This document shows positions 61,001-64,000 of a stretch of 64,000 nt of DNA, piece after piece (position 1 is the stretch's first letter; the number at the start of each line of letters is the position of its first letter). Source of the stretch: Eledone cirrhosa (taxonomy: Eukaryota); contig OZ024740.1 of NCBI GenBank assembly GCA_964016885.1, positions 332,940,001 to 333,004,000 on the forward strand, written 5' to 3'. Below the pieces are notes generated by a model, which did not search any database, had not been told where the DNA came from, and saw nothing but the letters and a program-made list of their open reading frames with translations. Position numbers and translations under genes: made by a program.

Positions 61001-61668
61001 CAGGCCCTCAAAACGAACTGGTTGAAACACCACATTTACAGGGAGAAGGCTAGCCCACTGTGCAGGATCTGTGGAGAGAGAGAGAGGAGACTGTGGCTCA
61101 CATTGTATCCGAGTGTAAACACCTAGCCCAGACTCACTATAAGGGCTGGAGACATGATGTGATGGGCAGGGTGATCCACTGGCACCTATGCAAAGTAAAC
61201 AATTTACCACATTCTGAGAAGTGGTATGAGCATAAGCCAGAGGCGGTGATAGAAAACGATCAGGTGAAGGTGCTGTGGGATTTTAGGATACAGACAGACA
61301 AGAAACTGGAACACAATAGACCTGACCTGGTGGTTTTGGACAAAGAAAAAAGATCGTGCCTGATCGATAGGGAGACAATTAACCGATACCAGGACTTAAA
61401 GTGGGAGGTAAAAAGGATATGGAACTGCCATGAAGTCAAAGTGATCCCGATTGTCATAGGCGCACTAGGGACTATCTCAAAAAGTTTCCAGGGATGGTTA
61501 AAGAAAATTGGCCCCTTCACGCTTTTTGGAACGCTTCAAAAGGCATGCTTGCTGGGAACAGCAAGAACCCTCCGATACGTCCTGAATATCTGAGGCTGCA
61601 GGTAGTGGCTTGATATTCATTTCAACAAACTTTCTAGTTAACTAACATCAATGACTGAGACTCAAAGA

Positions 61669-61669
<1 letters not shown>
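58085..61669 (+). mobile_element. R4/Dong-clade copy Dong3: apparently full length, pseudogenised
   Basis: Structured 5' leader. ORF from ATG 58210 with the R4-type N-terminal domain NWTKKLNRTVMQCYLKSNPKEKGYRKRIHNIW..EQKLAGQAR, RT (FMDV), CCHC, and RLE with a deletion. Stop at 61593; (TAA)n tail 61670-61736. The 5' boundary is approximate. Confidence 0.9.

Positions 61670-61736
<67 letters not shown>
61670..61736. repeat. (TAA)n tail/target of Dong3
   Basis: About 22 perfect units. Confidence 0.97.
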
Positions 61737-61737
<1 letters not shown>

Positions 61738-62438
61738 TGGTGGATAGAGTGTTATGGAATCGCTCGCGTAATTCTTTAATTTTTAACATATTTAAAACAA
61801 TTGTTATATAACAATTCTTAGTACAAATGGGACAGTAGACACCAGTCTTTTGCGCTCAGGAAATGAAGACCCATAATATCCTGTTATATCGCTCAAATAT
61901 TCAATTTTGTATTATACATTTTATATTCAAATAAGAAAATGGTTATAAATGGAAGAAAACCCCCTCTGTCTTCACTATATAGAACAACCAAATAACAGCA
62001 ATCTCGCCCCCACGATAACCTAGATACATCACCTATCCCACCACCCCTCTGTGTACGCTAAATACAACAACCAGATAACGGCAATTCCACCACCACCACC
62101 GATACCAGCATAATAATAATAATTAATAATTACTATTATTGTTTCTCAAGTTTTCTCAAAATGTTTAATTCAAATATTAAGGTAATATGTCAACATATAT
62201 ATTAAACATAGGCGACAAACCGCATAGATATACAAATCAAACAAACGAATACTAGCTACAGTCTATTCAACAGAACTCAGTAGCGACAACGCCATCTATA
62301 CAGTCACCGCCGCCACCAGTCCATCACTGCTACGCCACTACCTTCTGTTAACTTAAGAAAGGGGAAGGTGGCGGTATCACTCGACAAGGGAGAGACTAGC
62401 AAAATATATATACAGACTGACTTAGTCACCCGGTCAAA
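61737..62438 (+). repeat. Unassigned spacer module, copy 2
   Basis: Collinear with 56308-57080; contains a single diverged equivalent of the tandem unit. Confidence 0.8.
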
Positions 62439-62649
62439 CGTCAACGCCTATGGAACTGCTGGCTCCCCCTTCCCCACCAACAATAGAACAAAGCCCCAGC
62501 ACCACCACCGACATAGCCAACAACAACAACAGGCAACTTCCAAAAAAGTATATTATATTATTAATAATAATTTCATTCTTAAGCCACGCAGTGCTCACAT
62601 TAAGGAACCACTCATGATATAAACAATTTAAAAAAGAAAAAAAAAGAAA

Positions 62650-64000
62650 ACCCCGTGGCTAAGAAATACCGGGATGGCGGCCGGCGGAAAATAGCCGTGT
62701 CTGTAGGGGAGGACGACCCCTCTAGTATTGGTTGACACTCGTCCTAGGAGTGGTAACACGAAATGATTACTCCTTGGCGGTTAAGGATAAAACGCAACAA
62801 AATAAAGCCAATGTCAAATGATAAAATCTCATACCGGATCGGCCGTCACTCGAGTCAAAAAGGGCCTCGTCCCTCAGAGAGGAATCAGACTGGGGTCGAA
62901 GAATCAGCTAATGGTTCAAACCTTCCCATCAATTCGGAGCTGGAGCCTCCCATTGCCGGAATACTCCTACTGTTGGCCCTCGATGTTCACCACCAAGAAA
63001 TCCAAAGAAAAAGAAAGTAAAAATGGTCAAGGGAAGACAATAAAGAAGTCCTTGGGGCTTTCTACACTGCCATGTAGTACCCATCAAATAGATCGAATAC
63101 AGAACAGACATATATCAACTGGAATAAGAAACATCCCGAAAACAGAGGCTATATTGACAGTAACAAACTAGCCAATATACGAAGAAATATTGTTAAGAAA
63201 AAGTTACTAACTGATATAAATATTGATCAAGCAATTAGCACAAAGTCAGCGAAGGGAAAATGAAACATGTGTCAGTGAAAATGAGGTAAATTGTAACACT
63301 TCGAATCCCAGGGTCGAGGCCGAATCACTGACAGCAGAACAAATTAAAGAAAGGATCGAAAAAAGTGGAGGGAGTGCATGCTCAAGATGAAACTCAAAAT
63401 TACAATGAAATTGTGAACGAGCCAGAAAAGATACCATCATGGCTAGTTAACGGCATTACATTCCTACTTCCGAAGAATGATGAGACAAACAATCCCCAAA
63501 ATTACAGACCGATAACTTGCTTGACCACAATGTATAACATTTTAACATCAGTTCTAACTGAATATACATATGTCCACCTGATAACAAATGATCTATTTCC
63601 CAAAGAGCAGAAAGGGTGTAAACGAAGCTCATATGGCTGTAAAGATCAGCTTTTGGTTAACAAAATGATACTGGAAGATTGTCATAATAGACACAAAAAT
63701 CTATCAATTGCTCGGATAGATTACAAAACGGCATTCGATAGTTTGCCACACAGTTGGATTGAAAAATGTTTAGAGATTTTCAAAATATCTCCCGTTGTCA
63801 GGAGATTCCTGTCATTCAGTACGAAGACATGGAAAACGACACTCCTTTTGAATAGTGAAAAAAAATCACTGGAAGCTGGAGAAGTTAATAATAATTGTGG
63901 AATTTTACCATTAAGTAAAATGCTCAATGAAACAAAACATGGATATAAAGTCTATGACAGAACCATTAATCACTTGTTCTACATGGATAACCTGAAACTA
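62650..64000 (+). mobile_element. Second R4/Dong-clade family, copy Dong4: internally deleted, runs off the window end
   Basis: GC-rich leader; N-terminal KWSREDNKEVLGAFYTA; RT from ~63433 [53 protein letters not shown]. The QGDSLSP block is deleted. Confidence 0.88.

Overview
AT-rich animal genomic DNA; the tRNA-derived SINEs resemble octopus/cephalopod SINEs (inference). No host gene is evident. About 75% of the window is non-LTR retrotransposons docked in (TTA)n/(AAT)n microsatellites. Seven Tx1/L1-clade copies (ORF1 with CCHC knuckle; ORF2 APE-RT-zinc finger) from about four families form two convergent head-to-tail trains: B-C-D on + (6.3-22.0 kb) and F-G-H-I on - (28.7-53.7 kb). One copy, F (28732-34565), has both ORFs intact. 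Four R4/Dong-clade (RT + restriction-like endonuclease) copies lie on +; three end in the same triplet tract read in the opposite orientation. Older RTE and Dong-like relics, SINEs, a degenerate hammerhead-like motif and a duplicated spacer module fill the rest. The main leads are: (1) a shared-microsatellite retroelement 'train' with opposite strand polarity per clade and an apparent age gradient; (2) a frame-independent G|GTAAG plus pyrimidine tract 37-39 nt before every intact ORF2 ATG, which in four copies defines a ~52-nt candidate intron fusing ORF1 to ORF2 in frame; (3) conserved 5' and 3' RNA hairpins; (4) an ORF1-swapped chimera; (5) an unassigned conserved ORF1 C-terminal domain. All coordinates and comparisons were made by eye.
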